From: an uncultured Acidobacteriota bacterium
GTDB lineage: Bacteria > Acidobacteriota > Thermoanaerobaculia > Multivoradales > JAHEKO01
NCBI GenBank assembly: GCA_963713825.1
Contig: CAVQNG010000014.1
Span: forward strand, 32,001-96,000
Length of the DNA: 64,000 bases
Reading direction: 5' to 3'
Shown piece after piece: positions 30,401 through 38,392 of the stretch. The translations under genes and the position numbers were made by a program. The notes under the pieces were generated by a model. That model was not told where the DNA came from and searched no databases. It was given only the letters and a program-made list of their open reading frames with translations. Each line of letters begins with the position of its first letter. The stretch's first letter is position 1.

Positions 30401-31073
30401 GATCAATGACGAGCTGAGCAGCATCAGTTGGCCCACCGGTACGACTTTCTTCATCTCCGGGCAGAACGAGGAATGGGAGCGTAGCCGGGGGAGCCTGGTG
30501 CTGGCTCTCGCGCTGTCGGTCTTTCTCGTTTACGTGATCATGGCGGCACAGTTCGAGTCCCTGTGGCAGCCCTTGGTGATTTTGTTCACGATTCCACTGG
30601 CCTTCTTTGGCACCATGATGACTCTCTATCTTCTGGGGATCAGCCTGTCGATCGTAGTCTTTCTCGGCATGATCATGCTGGCGGGGATCGTGGTCAACAA
30701 CGCCATCGTGTTGGTGGACTACATCAACGTCCTCCGAGGTCGTGGCATGGAGCTCATCGAGGCGGTCGTTACTGCCGGCTCCGTGCGGCTGCGTCCGATT
30801 CTCATGACGACTGCGACGACGACTCTCGGACTATTGCCGATGGCGTTGGGTCTTGGCGATGGTGCAGAGTTGCGGACTCCGATGGCGGTCACTGTGATCA
30901 GCGGACTGTTGATTTCGACCCTCTTGACTTTGTTCATCATCCCGTCGATCTACGCTCAGGTGAGTCGATTGCGGGGTCGCTTGATGGGCGAGGAAGTGTT
31001 TGAGAGCCAACCTGGGCGGTCGGTTGTGGGTGATGTGGCAGCGGCGGACGCTGCTTCCTTCGAGAGCGGCTAA
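27471..31073 (+). CDS. RND efflux permease (AcrB/AcrD/AcrF family), subunit 1
   Basis: RRPVA, YPG.APEEVE, NIMSLGGLALGIGMLVD, QFES, GIVVNNAIVLVD, RLRPILMT. Confidence 0.93.
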   Translation: MTTTDTTRTTNSSGLSTFTTRRPVAITMVFVAAVVFGYFSYGRLPVNLMPELSYPTITVRTEYPGTAPEEVENDISRPVEEALGVVGGLRRISSISRAGVSDVVLEFTWNTSMSEAIQDSLEKLDLILLPQETERPLILRFDPSLDPVMELSLSGSGNRFEGEEGLRRLRRIADLQIKRSLEPIKGVAAVRVRGGLEEEIHVLLDEVELRRTGLSIQTVIDRLAQENINLAGGTLTEGRTEYMVRTLNEYENLGQISDTVVARYEGREVRVRDIGTVVRAHKEREILTRTNGMESVQLDIFKEADANIVALAKRVTEALGEFDLEKAKLEAEQKAQGQEQEDEKETDKEAGWWQKKGKKKPPPPPGLIEQAWLNEGAELTLVADRSLFIESSIKEVRNTAIIGGMLAVLVLFLFLKDLRTTAIIAISIPISLLVTFAPLNMLGVSLNIMSLGGLALGIGMLVDSSIVVLESIFRCREEGDDLETAANRGTSEVRGAVVASTLTTIAVFFPMVFVEGVAGQAFGDLGLAVVISLLASLVVALFLIPMLASREGLQWTETKPLETHWREFGAWLSLKNDWQRFRAAGAKPRGAVRKVLRWLAYPLAVLYLLLRFVIGAVLEVIGKTSLAFFFGLIWLVRKVIAAALGAVFGGLVYLPVKLMDTALEGLRRWYPGALKWALHNPITMFILVLASLAATVWFATSLGTELLPEVRQGEFTVEVQLPVGTPIEATEEIVTPIEKAILEEKKYIESLMLTVGYDAAYSNRSDEGEHTARFKILLERADLRLEDEVIRRLRARFAEIPDLDARVTRPVLFSFKSPIEVEVHSDDLVLLRQQAGRAKETMAAMPQLADVETTQRRGAPEVQVVYNRDLLSRYDLNLSQVARLVRDKVQGFEATRFNLKDRRIPIVVRLKMEDRETVEEVEGMIVNPGGDRPIPLSAVATVELAEGPSEVRRIDGRRVALVTANIAQGSLGGAVGAINDELSSISWPTGTTFFISGQNEEWERSRGSLVLALALSVFLVYVIMAAQFESLWQPLVILFTIPLAFFGTMMTLYLLGISLSIVVFLGMIMLAGIVVNNAIVLVDYINVLRGRGMELIEAVVTAGSVRLRPILMTTATTTLGLLPMALGLGDGAELRTPMAVTVISGLLISTLLTLFIIPSIYAQVSRLRGRLMGEEVFESQPGRSVVGDVAAADAASFESG

Positions 31074-31097
31074 AACCAGGACAGCGAGGAGTCAGGC

Positions 31098-34000
31098 ATG
31101 GACAGCAAGGATCCCACCGAGACCGTCGCCACCGAGACGACTGCTCAGGAATCACGCCTGCCCCAATTCTCCCTGGACCGTCGCATCACGGTCCTCATGA
31201 TCCTGCTGACCATGATCGTTCTGGGGACGGTGGCTACGATCAGCATTCCTATCGAGCTCCTCCCATCGGGCTTCGCCGGCCCTCACTTGAGCGTGCGGGT
31301 GCCATGGCGTGAAGCCCCATCGCAAGAAGTTCTCGACAAGATCGTTCTCCCGCTCGAGGAAGAGCTCTCCACAGTCGCCGGTATCGATCAGTTGAACTCC
31401 TATGCGCGAACGGGCTTCGCCATGTGCAACCTGATGTTCAAGCAGGGCACGGACATGGACGTGGCCTACCGGGAGGTGCGGGACCGAGTCGAGCGCGCCA
31501 GGATCCAGATGCCCGACGATGTGGAGCAGGTCTTTGTCTACAAAGACGACGCTTCAGGCATCCCCATCTTCTTCCTGGGCCTGGCCATCGATCCGGCAGT
31601 CGTGGACGTTTACAACCTGGTTCAGGACGAGATCGTTCTTCGCCTGCAGCGCGTCGAGGGCGTGGCCTCTGTCGATGCCCACGGCCTGGAAGAGAAGGAG
31701 ATCCTGATCGAGCTCGACCGGGAGCGGACCTCGGCCGCGGGACTGAACATCTACGAGCTCGCACAGCAGCTATCCGGCGATAACTTCACACTCTCCAGCG
31801 GCACGGTGTACCAAGGATCCAAGAAGCTACTTTTGCGATCGGTGGCTCGCTACCACAACCTCGAAGAACTGGAGAATCGCCTCGTAGCAGACAACGTGCG
31901 GCTGCGAGACATCGCCACGGTCACCTACGATCTGCCCGAGAAGACCTATCGGGTAAGAGCGATGAGCCGGCCCGCAGTGGCGCTGGGCATCAACAAGGAG
32001 GGCGACGCGAATACCCTGGAAACAGCCCGACGTGTCGAGGCTGTGGTCGAGGAGCTGCGGGAGAACCCCCGCCTGCAGCTCATTGAGATAGCGACTCTGT
32101 TCGACCAGGGCGAGATCATCAGGGAATCGTTGGACACGATGTTCGACAGCGGCAAGGTCGGAGGGATTCTCGCCCTGCTGGTCTTGTTCTTCTTTCTGCG
32201 GCGCGTTCGGATGACCCTGATCGTTACGCTGTCGATTCCGGTGAGCATCGTCATTGCTCTGACGGTGATGTATTTCGTCGGCGAGTCCCTGAACATCCTG
32301 ACGCTGCTGGCGCTGATGATCTCTGTCGGTCTCCTGGTGGATAACTCGGTCGTAGTGGCCGAGAACATCTTCAGATTGCATCGCGAGGGGATGCCACGGC
32401 GCCAGGCCTGCATTCAGGGCGCTGGTGAGATTGCTTTGGCGATCGTCATGGCCACCCTGACGACGATCGTGGTCTTTCTGCCGGTCTCTCTTGTCGAAGG
32501 TATGGGCCAGTTTTTCCTCCTTCGGCTCTCGATCCCCATCTCCGTGGCCCTTCTGGGCTCTCTTCTGGTGGCGTTGATCTTCATTCCGCTTTTCGTCTTC
32601 ATCACGCTGCCCGAAAAGGAGGCCGAAAACCACGAGAAGCCTCATCCGATGGCTATTGGCCTCAAGAAGGCCTACGACCTTACGTTCGGCAAGCTCAATT
32701 ACTTCTACACCAAGACTCTGGCGTTCTTCCTGCGCCGACGGCTGGATCTCGTGCTGCTGGTGATGGCGGTGTTCGCTTTGACGGCCGCCTTGCCGATGAA
32801 GCAGATCAAATTCGTCGATGTGCAAGACGAAGACCGCGGTGGCTTCGAAATCAACGTCAACTTGCCGCAAAACACCACCCTGGAAGAGGCTGAGGAGTAC
32901 TTCCTGGTGGGCGAGAGTCTCATCGAGGAGATGGCGGAGGACCTGGATCTGGACGGGTGGTTCATTCAGCACCGCAGCACGTATGGGTCCTTTCAAGGAT
33001 GGTTCAAAGAGGAGCGCACCAACAAGGTCAGCCCCAAGGAGGCAATGGAACGGGTCAAGGAGCGGCTGCCGGAGAAGGCCGGTGTCAAGCTCTACACAGG
33101 GGAGGACCAACAGGGCGACGAGCGACAGGGCAAAGGCACCCATACCTTCAAGCTCGAAGGCGAGGATGCCGAGGCCCTCGAGGTGATAGCGGCCCAGCTG
33201 GAGGAGATCTTCGCTTCGGTCGAGGGTGTCGTGGGCGTGAAGAAGGTGGGGGACGACACGCCCAGCGAGATGGCTCTGGTGCTGGATCGTGAGCGCATGC
33301 AGAACCAAAACATCAACCCCATGGTGGTCTCAGCCGTTGTGGGCTACGCCTTGCGGGGTGAGACCTTGCCTCGCTACCACCAGGCTGGCAAAGAGATTCC
33401 GGTCGTCGTGCGCTTCCAGGAGGAAGACCGGGACTCCCTCGACGAGCTCAACAACTTCTGGGTACCGACCAACGATGGCGCCGCCGTGCAGTTGTCCTCG
33501 ATATCCGAGCCCCGCTATCTGGCTTCGGCGCAGCGCATCTTCCGCACCAACAAACGAACATCGAGGGAGATCACCCTGGAGCTCCGCGAGGAGGAGGAGG
33601 AGGAGACGCGGGCCCGGCTCATGGCCATGGCGAGCCTCATCGAGCTGCCTGAAGGTGTGATCTTCGGTATGGGTGAGAGCATGCTGGGCCTGAGTGAAGA
33701 CCTTCAGAACATGCTGTTTGCCGGCATCGTATCGGTGATCTTCATCTACCTGCTCATGGGTTTCCTCTTCGAGAGCTTCATTTTGCCGCTCTCCATCATC
33801 CTCACCATTCCCCTGGCCAGCTTGGGGGTCTACTGGGCTCACTTCATCTTCGGGCTGAATATCGACTTCCTGGGAGCAGTCGGGTTGATCCTCCTGGTGG
33901 GCGTCGTGGTGAACAACGGCATCGTTCTCATCGACTACGTGACGCGACTGAGGCACGCTGGGCACAGCAGGCACGAAGCCCTTCTCCTGGCGGCCGAGCG

Positions 34001-34259
34001 GCGCTTCCGACCCATCATGATGACCGCCCTGACCACCATCGGCGGCATGATCCCGTTGACTGTTCAGGGTGCCTCCAGCATCGGCCTGAGCTACAAGAGC
34101 TTCGGCCTGACTCTGATTGGCGGTCTGACAACGGCGACCCTGCTTACCCTCCTGGTAGTGCCCGTCTTCTACACCTTCTTCGACGACGCCCGCGCCGCGG
34201 TCAGCGGCATCGTCAAACAGGCCCTGGGCAAGCGCCGCGCTGCAGCGACCACTTCGTGA
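31098..34259 (+). CDS. RND efflux permease, subunit 2
   Basis: GLLVDNSVVVAENI, LFES, GVVVNNGIVLID, RFRPIMMT, TLLTLLVVP. Confidence 0.93.
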   Translation: MDSKDPTETVATETTAQESRLPQFSLDRRITVLMILLTMIVLGTVATISIPIELLPSGFAGPHLSVRVPWREAPSQEVLDKIVLPLEEELSTVAGIDQLNSYARTGFAMCNLMFKQGTDMDVAYREVRDRVERARIQMPDDVEQVFVYKDDASGIPIFFLGLAIDPAVVDVYNLVQDEIVLRLQRVEGVASVDAHGLEEKEILIELDRERTSAAGLNIYELAQQLSGDNFTLSSGTVYQGSKKLLLRSVARYHNLEELENRLVADNVRLRDIATVTYDLPEKTYRVRAMSRPAVALGINKEGDANTLETARRVEAVVEELRENPRLQLIEIATLFDQGEIIRESLDTMFDSGKVGGILALLVLFFFLRRVRMTLIVTLSIPVSIVIALTVMYFVGESLNILTLLALMISVGLLVDNSVVVAENIFRLHREGMPRRQACIQGAGEIALAIVMATLTTIVVFLPVSLVEGMGQFFLLRLSIPISVALLGSLLVALIFIPLFVFITLPEKEAENHEKPHPMAIGLKKAYDLTFGKLNYFYTKTLAFFLRRRLDLVLLVMAVFALTAALPMKQIKFVDVQDEDRGGFEINVNLPQNTTLEEAEEYFLVGESLIEEMAEDLDLDGWFIQHRSTYGSFQGWFKEERTNKVSPKEAMERVKERLPEKAGVKLYTGEDQQGDERQGKGTHTFKLEGEDAEALEVIAAQLEEIFASVEGVVGVKKVGDDTPSEMALVLDRERMQNQNINPMVVSAVVGYALRGETLPRYHQAGKEIPVVVRFQEEDRDSLDELNNFWVPTNDGAAVQLSSISEPRYLASAQRIFRTNKRTSREITLELREEEEEETRARLMAMASLIELPEGVIFGMGESMLGLSEDLQNMLFAGIVSVIFIYLLMGFLFESFILPLSIILTIPLASLGVYWAHFIFGLNIDFLGAVGLILLVGVVVNNGIVLIDYVTRLRHAGHSRHEALLLAAERRFRPIMMTALTTIGGMIPLTVQGASSIGLSYKSFGLTLIGGLTTATLLTLLVVPVFYTFFDDARAAVSGIVKQALGKRRAAATTS

Positions 34260-34269
34260 ACCCTCCGAG

Positions 34270-34322
34270 GTTGGGAAGGGGCTTTCCCCCTCCTGCGGGT
34301 GACCGCGAGGGCCGCCCCCAAA
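34270..34322. repeat. REP-like pair of imperfect hairpins between convergent genes
   Basis: GGAAGGGG..CCCCCTCC and GGGTGACC-GCGAG-GGCCGCCC hairpins; the second reads TGGGGGCGGCCCTCGCGGTCACCC on the minus strand, like GTRG-type REPs. Confidence 0.4.
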
Positions 34323-34346
34323 ATGTCAGTCGAGTGCCTGGTGGGA

Positions 34347-34787
34347 CTAGAGGTAGTCCCGGAGCTGCAAAACTCGCAGCCCGCCGACAGCCGGGATCCT
34401 TCGATCATTGGTCACAAAGGTAGTACATCCGGTTTGTAGGGCTGCAGCAATTTGCAGGGCGTCAGGAGTCTCGAGTCCTTCAAGAGCGCGGAGTTGTGCT
34501 GCCAGTCGCACAAGCGGCCGGTCGAGATCGAGCAGGAGGAGTCCGCGACTGTGGCTCAGGTGGCCCTCGTACTGCTCGGCCAATGTGAGATTGCCAGCGC
34601 GGATTGGAACGACAAGAGTCTCGAGCAGGGTGATGGTCGAAGTCACTCCGACCAACCGCTCCTCGTCCAGGGCAACGAAGATCTCCTCGACCAGTGACAA
34701 GTAAAGGGGGTGCTCTTCAATGAAGTAGATGAAGACCGCTGTGTCGAGAGCGACAGGCCCCCCATCGAGGTCGCCGATCAGTCCCAA
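34347..34787 (-). CDS. vapC: PIN-domain toxin (VapC family)
   Basis: VALDTAVFIY, TLLE.L, TPDALQIA.A, FVTND; TTG start overlaps the antitoxin gene. Confidence 0.88.
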   Translation of the reverse strand: MGLIGDLDGGPVALDTAVFIYFIEEHPLYLSLVEEIFVALDEERLVGVTSTITLLETLVVPIRAGNLTLAEQYEGHLSHSRGLLLLDLDRPLVRLAAQLRALEGLETPDALQIAAALQTGCTTFVTNDRRIPAVGGLRVLQLRDYL

Positions 34788-35008
34788 GAATCGCGCTCCT
34801 CGGCCACATGTCGTGCTGCATCGAGATCGACCCAGGCTGACCTTCCGAGGCCACGAAGCTCGAGAATCGAGCCTTGTTTTCTGGGCTCTAGAGTCTCGGC
34901 AAGAAGATGGATGACCTCCTGGGAGACTGAGCGGCGATCCACTTTGGCGCGCTCGCGAAGTTTCTCGTACAACTTGTCGGGGAAGTTCTTGATGTTGAGC
35001 ACAGACAT
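34778..35008 (-). CDS. FitA-like ribbon-helix-helix antitoxin
   Basis: MSVLNIKNFPDKLYEKLRERAK..RRSVSQEV RHH pattern; directly upstream of the PIN gene. Confidence 0.85.
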   Translation of the reverse strand: MSVLNIKNFPDKLYEKLRERAKVDRRSVSQEVIHLLAETLEPRKQGSILELRGLGRSAWVDLDAARHVAEERDSWD

Positions 35009-35014
35009 GTTGTG

Positions 35015-35042
35015 TCCTCCAAAGTTCCTCCAGTTTGGAGGA
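35015..35042. promoter_or_regulatory. Probable TA operator (inverted repeat)
   Basis: TCCTCCAAA-N10-TTTGGAGGA immediately upstream of the antitoxin start; one arm includes the RBS. Confidence 0.5.
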
Positions 35043-35227
35043 AAGCAAAGCGAGAGTCAATTCCCTCCATTCAAGAAGACGGATTGAAAAGGAAGGTTCT
35101 CGTCATCCCTTGGCGGGTTCATAGGAGGTCAAGTCTTGGGAAGCCTCGCCTCCTCATCGACAGGCGAGTCACTTGGAGGTCGCGATTCGAGCGTAGCGCC
35201 GCAGTTGGGGCTGAGGCTGGTCCTGGC

Positions 35228-36004
35228 TCAGGGCGACCTGGAGATGCTTTCGTACCAGGCGTCGATCTGCGTATCGGGAACGAACCCGAGCTTGGCTGCC
35301 AGGCCGAGGGACCCTGGGTTGTTTTCCATGGCGCCCCAGGCGGGGATCAGACCATGGTCCGCCATGTGTCGGGCCAGGGAAAGGAAAGTCGCCGCTGCCA
35401 GGCCGCGGCGACGGTAGGGCTTGATGGTCTCGATCGAGACGTCCCACAGAGTATCGGTCGTGAAGGCGGCATAGCAGAAGGTGACTGGCAGCCCCTCGAC
35501 GATGGCGATGGCCATGGGTCTCTTGGCCACCCAGTCGAGGTTGTATTCGTACCGGGAGGTTGCGGGGACATGGTCGAACGTGAGTCCAACAGCACTATGC
35601 CCTTCGGGGAGCAGGTCGATTCTGGCATCGACGTCGAGATCGGGTCGTTCGAGCTCTCCTTCCCATCGATGCAGATGGACGCTGCTGCGTCGCCAGTCTG
35701 GCAGCGCTGCTTCCACGGCCATTCGGCTTTCCGGAGGTGCCAGGAGTTGCCACCCCTCTGGGACGTGTTGGCCCTGAGAGGCTGAACGACCGGCTTCGAC
35801 GGCTTGCCGGATGAGGCTGACCCCTGGCATTGCATGGATCGCAGCGAATGGGTAGTCCCAGGATCGGGCGACGAAGCCTCTTTCCGGCTCTGACTCGGAC
35901 CAGATGTCACAGCGCCCACTGACCAGCAGGCCCTTGAGATCGATCCACCTCGGCTCATCAGAGAGCGGCGAGGCTAGATGCGCAGGCGTTGGGGAGGGGC
36001 TCAT
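35228..36004 (-). CDS. GNAT family acetyltransferase
   Basis: SIET..PYRRRGLA acetyl-CoA motif, PAWG...N..SL.LA.KLGF. Confidence 0.85.
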   Translation of the reverse strand: MSPSPTPAHLASPLSDEPRWIDLKGLLVSGRCDIWSESEPERGFVARSWDYPFAAIHAMPGVSLIRQAVEAGRSASQGQHVPEGWQLLAPPESRMAVEAALPDWRRSSVHLHRWEGELERPDLDVDARIDLLPEGHSAVGLTFDHVPATSRYEYNLDWVAKRPMAIAIVEGLPVTFCYAAFTTDTLWDVSIETIKPYRRRGLAAATFLSLARHMADHGLIPAWGAMENNPGSLGLAAKLGFVPDTQIDAWYESISRSP

Positions 36005-36035
36005 TCCTCTGGACGGGCGGGGAAGGGCTCTGAGT

Positions 36036-36437
36036 CTAGCTGGTGAAATCCTCGATGGTGACAGTCAGTTCGGGGCACTGTCTGGCGATGGCGGCATCAC
36101 CGGTCACCAACGGTACCCCCAGATCCTGAGCCAGTGCGACGAAGTGGGCATCGTAGGCTGATATCTGTCTTTCGAGAGCGACGCTCAATACCTGGTCACC
36201 GTCTGGCTCGATCTCCTGATGGGAGAACACATCGCAGGCGGTCCACCAAACCGAAAAGGCCTGCGCTCGTTCGAGAACCCTGGCTCTGACCGCGGTGGCG
36301 AGGACATTGAGGAACTCACTGCGCCACAGGGTTGGCAGTTTCCAGTCGGGGTCCTGCTGATGGACTCGGCGAGCGGCACCCGTTCGCTCACCCTCGATGA
36401 GCAGGTAGCTGACCAGATTTGTGTCGGCAATGATCAC
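36036..36437 (-). CDS. vapC: PIN-domain toxin (VapC family)
   Basis: IIADTNLV, SEF.N, SAYDAHFVALA, LVTGD. Confidence 0.9.
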   Translation of the reverse strand: MIIADTNLVSYLLIEGERTGAARRVHQQDPDWKLPTLWRSEFLNVLATAVRARVLERAQAFSVWWTACDVFSHQEIEPDGDQVLSVALERQISAYDAHFVALAQDLGVPLVTGDAAIARQCPELTVTIEDFTS

Positions 36438-36667
36438 GGGCGGCCGCTCGTGCGAGCGCGGTCAATCAGATCCTGGGTCAAGAGCTTGGCACCCTCCACT
36501 CGGAGAGCGTCGATCTGTTCCAGAGTAGGCGGGCCTGCCGGGGTGGAGAGCGCCTGCTCGAGAAGAACGAGGGCTTCCCGGCCAAGGCTGCGACGATGTG
36601 CCTCGGCCCGCTCCTTGAGTTTGTCGTGGAGTTCTTCGGGGACATCTCTGATGAGCACTCCTGGCAT
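36434..36667 (-). CDS. FitA-like ribbon-helix-helix antitoxin
   Basis: MPGVLIRDVPEELHDKLKERAEAHRRSL; 4-nt overlap with the PIN gene; GAGG RBS. Confidence 0.85.
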   Translation of the reverse strand: MPGVLIRDVPEELHDKLKERAEAHRRSLGREALVLLEQALSTPAGPPTLEQIDALRVEGAKLLTQDLIDRARTSGRP

Positions 36668-36691
36668 CTCGGGCGACCTCGCGTTCTTGGA

Positions 36692-36713
36692 ATAGCGTAA
36701 TGATAGCATAATG
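36692..36713. promoter_or_regulatory. Probable TA operator
   Basis: Direct repeat ATAGCGTAATG/ATAGCATAATG containing TGATAGCA (36701-36708), the half-site recalled for Neisseria FitAB. Confidence 0.5.
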
Positions 36714-36788
36714 CTTACAAGCAAACAGGCCCAGTCTTCTGCAGAGGACGGAACTTGGTGTTGCGATCTCGCAGGGCGAGGGCGGGTT

Positions 36789-37376
36789 CTAGACCGATTC
36801 CCAGGCGCAGGACACGAAGCGGCCATCGTGGGAAAGGGAGAGGTCGAAGGGAAGGGGTTGTCCTTGCCGTTGTGCTTGGGGGACCCTGTTCACCGAAACG
36901 ATCTCGATCTCACTCGGGGTGATCTCGAGAAGACCTCCGAGGGCGGAGCTGGCCAGGCGTCGGACCCGTTCCCTGAAGCCTTTCTCCAGGGACCCGGGGT
37001 CGGTTGAGGAATCCCCATCGAGGAGGAATTTCGGCTTCTCGCCGGCTTGGCTAGCGACGGCGTGCACCCACTGGTCCGAGTGATCGAGCCAAACGCTGAA
37101 TCGAGCCAGTCGATGGGTCACCTCAGCACGAGCGTCGCCAAGAATGACCTCGAAGTCGCGGGGTATGAAGCGAACCTGTGAGTCGAGCTTGCGGAGAGCC
37201 TTGAAAGCGCTTTCCTTGGTCGCCCATAGCGACCATCGCATCTGGTGGACTTTGTCTGTGGCTGCTAGTAGCGCGATCTCGCGCGCTGAGAAGGCCCGGT
37301 TGTCGAAACGAGGGTGGATCGCGTCGGGCTGGCAGAGGGGATGCCGGAGGTCGACGACGTCGTTACCGACTGGCAA
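36789..37376 (-). CDS. 4'-phosphopantetheinyl transferase
   Basis: VGNDVVDL, W..KESAFKA, LSLSHDGRF; last gene of the fatty-acid cluster. Confidence 0.88.
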   Translation of the reverse strand: MPVGNDVVDLRHPLCQPDAIHPRFDNRAFSAREIALLAATDKVHQMRWSLWATKESAFKALRKLDSQVRFIPRDFEVILGDARAEVTHRLARFSVWLDHSDQWVHAVASQAGEKPKFLLDGDSSTDPGSLEKGFRERVRRLASSALGGLLEITPSEIEIVSVNRVPQAQRQGQPLPFDLSLSHDGRFVSCAWESV

Positions 37377-38109
37377 AGTAATCCTCTTCCATCCGCGCCA
37401 GCTTGGCGACGATCTGCTGGGCCAGATCCCGCGACCGCCGCAGGCCCTCGTGCAACGATTCGGGCTGAAAGAGCTCGAAATCGACGTGGAAGGTCTCTCC
37501 CAGGGCCGGAATGGTCGACCAGGTACGCTGCCCCTCGCCGCGGAGATACACGCACAGTGCTCTGCAGTCCTCGACAGCGCTCAGGATGCGGCCCGGGCCG
37601 TGAGCGACGGAATCCGCCTGTACTCGCCCAGTTCGGCTGCGCCCGCCCTCGGCAAAGATCAATGCCGTTTCGCCGCGGGAAAGCACGTGCTGCACTCTCT
37701 TGATTACGCCGGACACCTGTTGGCGCGGGCCGCCGCGCACCACGGGGATGCACTTCGTCACCCAGGCTGCAACGCGACTGAACCAGATCGACGCGAAGTT
37801 GTTGTACTCGGGGAGATTCCAGGGCATGCGGCGGTAGTTGAAGATGTACCACCAGGATCCACCTAGCGCCCAGGCCAGGATCGCCGAGTCCACCATGGTC
37901 AAATGGTTGGCGCAGATCAGGATCGGTCCGTCGCTCTGCTTGATCATGACTCGATACCGTCTCCGAAGCTCGGCCGCGTTCTCGATGCGGTAGCGCAACA
38001 GCACGCGCAACGTGAAGACGATCGGAGGAATCCAGACGATGGACGACAACCGACCAGCCTCGCGCTGGAGAGTCAGTGCGGCACGGGTGCGAAAGGGAAG
38101 CGCGGACAC
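37363..38109 (-). CDS. Lysophospholipid (1-acyl-G3P) acyltransferase, PlsC family
   Basis: NHLTMVD (HxxxxD) and FAEGGRSR motifs. Confidence 0.88.
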   Translation of the reverse strand: MSALPFRTRAALTLQREAGRLSSIVWIPPIVFTLRVLLRYRIENAAELRRRYRVMIKQSDGPILICANHLTMVDSAILAWALGGSWWYIFNYRRMPWNLPEYNNFASIWFSRVAAWVTKCIPVVRGGPRQQVSGVIKRVQHVLSRGETALIFAEGGRSRTGRVQADSVAHGPGRILSAVEDCRALCVYLRGEGQRTWSTIPALGETFHVDFELFQPESLHEGLRRSRDLAQQIVAKLARMEEDYFASR

Positions 38110-38119
38110 AACTGTTGTT

Positions 38120-38368
38120 CTAGGAGACCCTTGCAGCGATCAACTGCACGGCGTCACCCACCGTATTCACTGCGTCGGCATCCTCGTCCTCGACCTCGAT
38201 GTCGAAGGCGTCCTCGAAGTCGAGGATGATGTCGACCAAGCGGGCCGAGTTCACCTGCAGATCCTGGAGGATGTTCGTGTTCTCACCCACCGACTCGAAG
38301 GCTTCCTGGTTCTTGACGAACGGCTTGATGATCTCGATCACCTTGGCGAAAATCTCGTCTCTCGTCAT
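38120..38368 (-). CDS. Acyl carrier protein
   Basis: Acidic 82-aa protein, DLQVNSARLVDIILDFEDAFDIEV...TVGDAV. Confidence 0.9.
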   Translation of the reverse strand: MTRDEIFAKVIEIIKPFVKNQEAFESVGENTNILQDLQVNSARLVDIILDFEDAFDIEVEDEDADAVNTVGDAVQLIAARVS

Positions 38369-38392
38369 GGCTTCTTCCTGTCTCGCAGAGTG

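Noticed and set aside
31827-33308. Long antisense and alternate-frame ORFs throughout the window
   Set aside because: Shadow ORFs expected from high-GC codon bias; no recognisable motifs.
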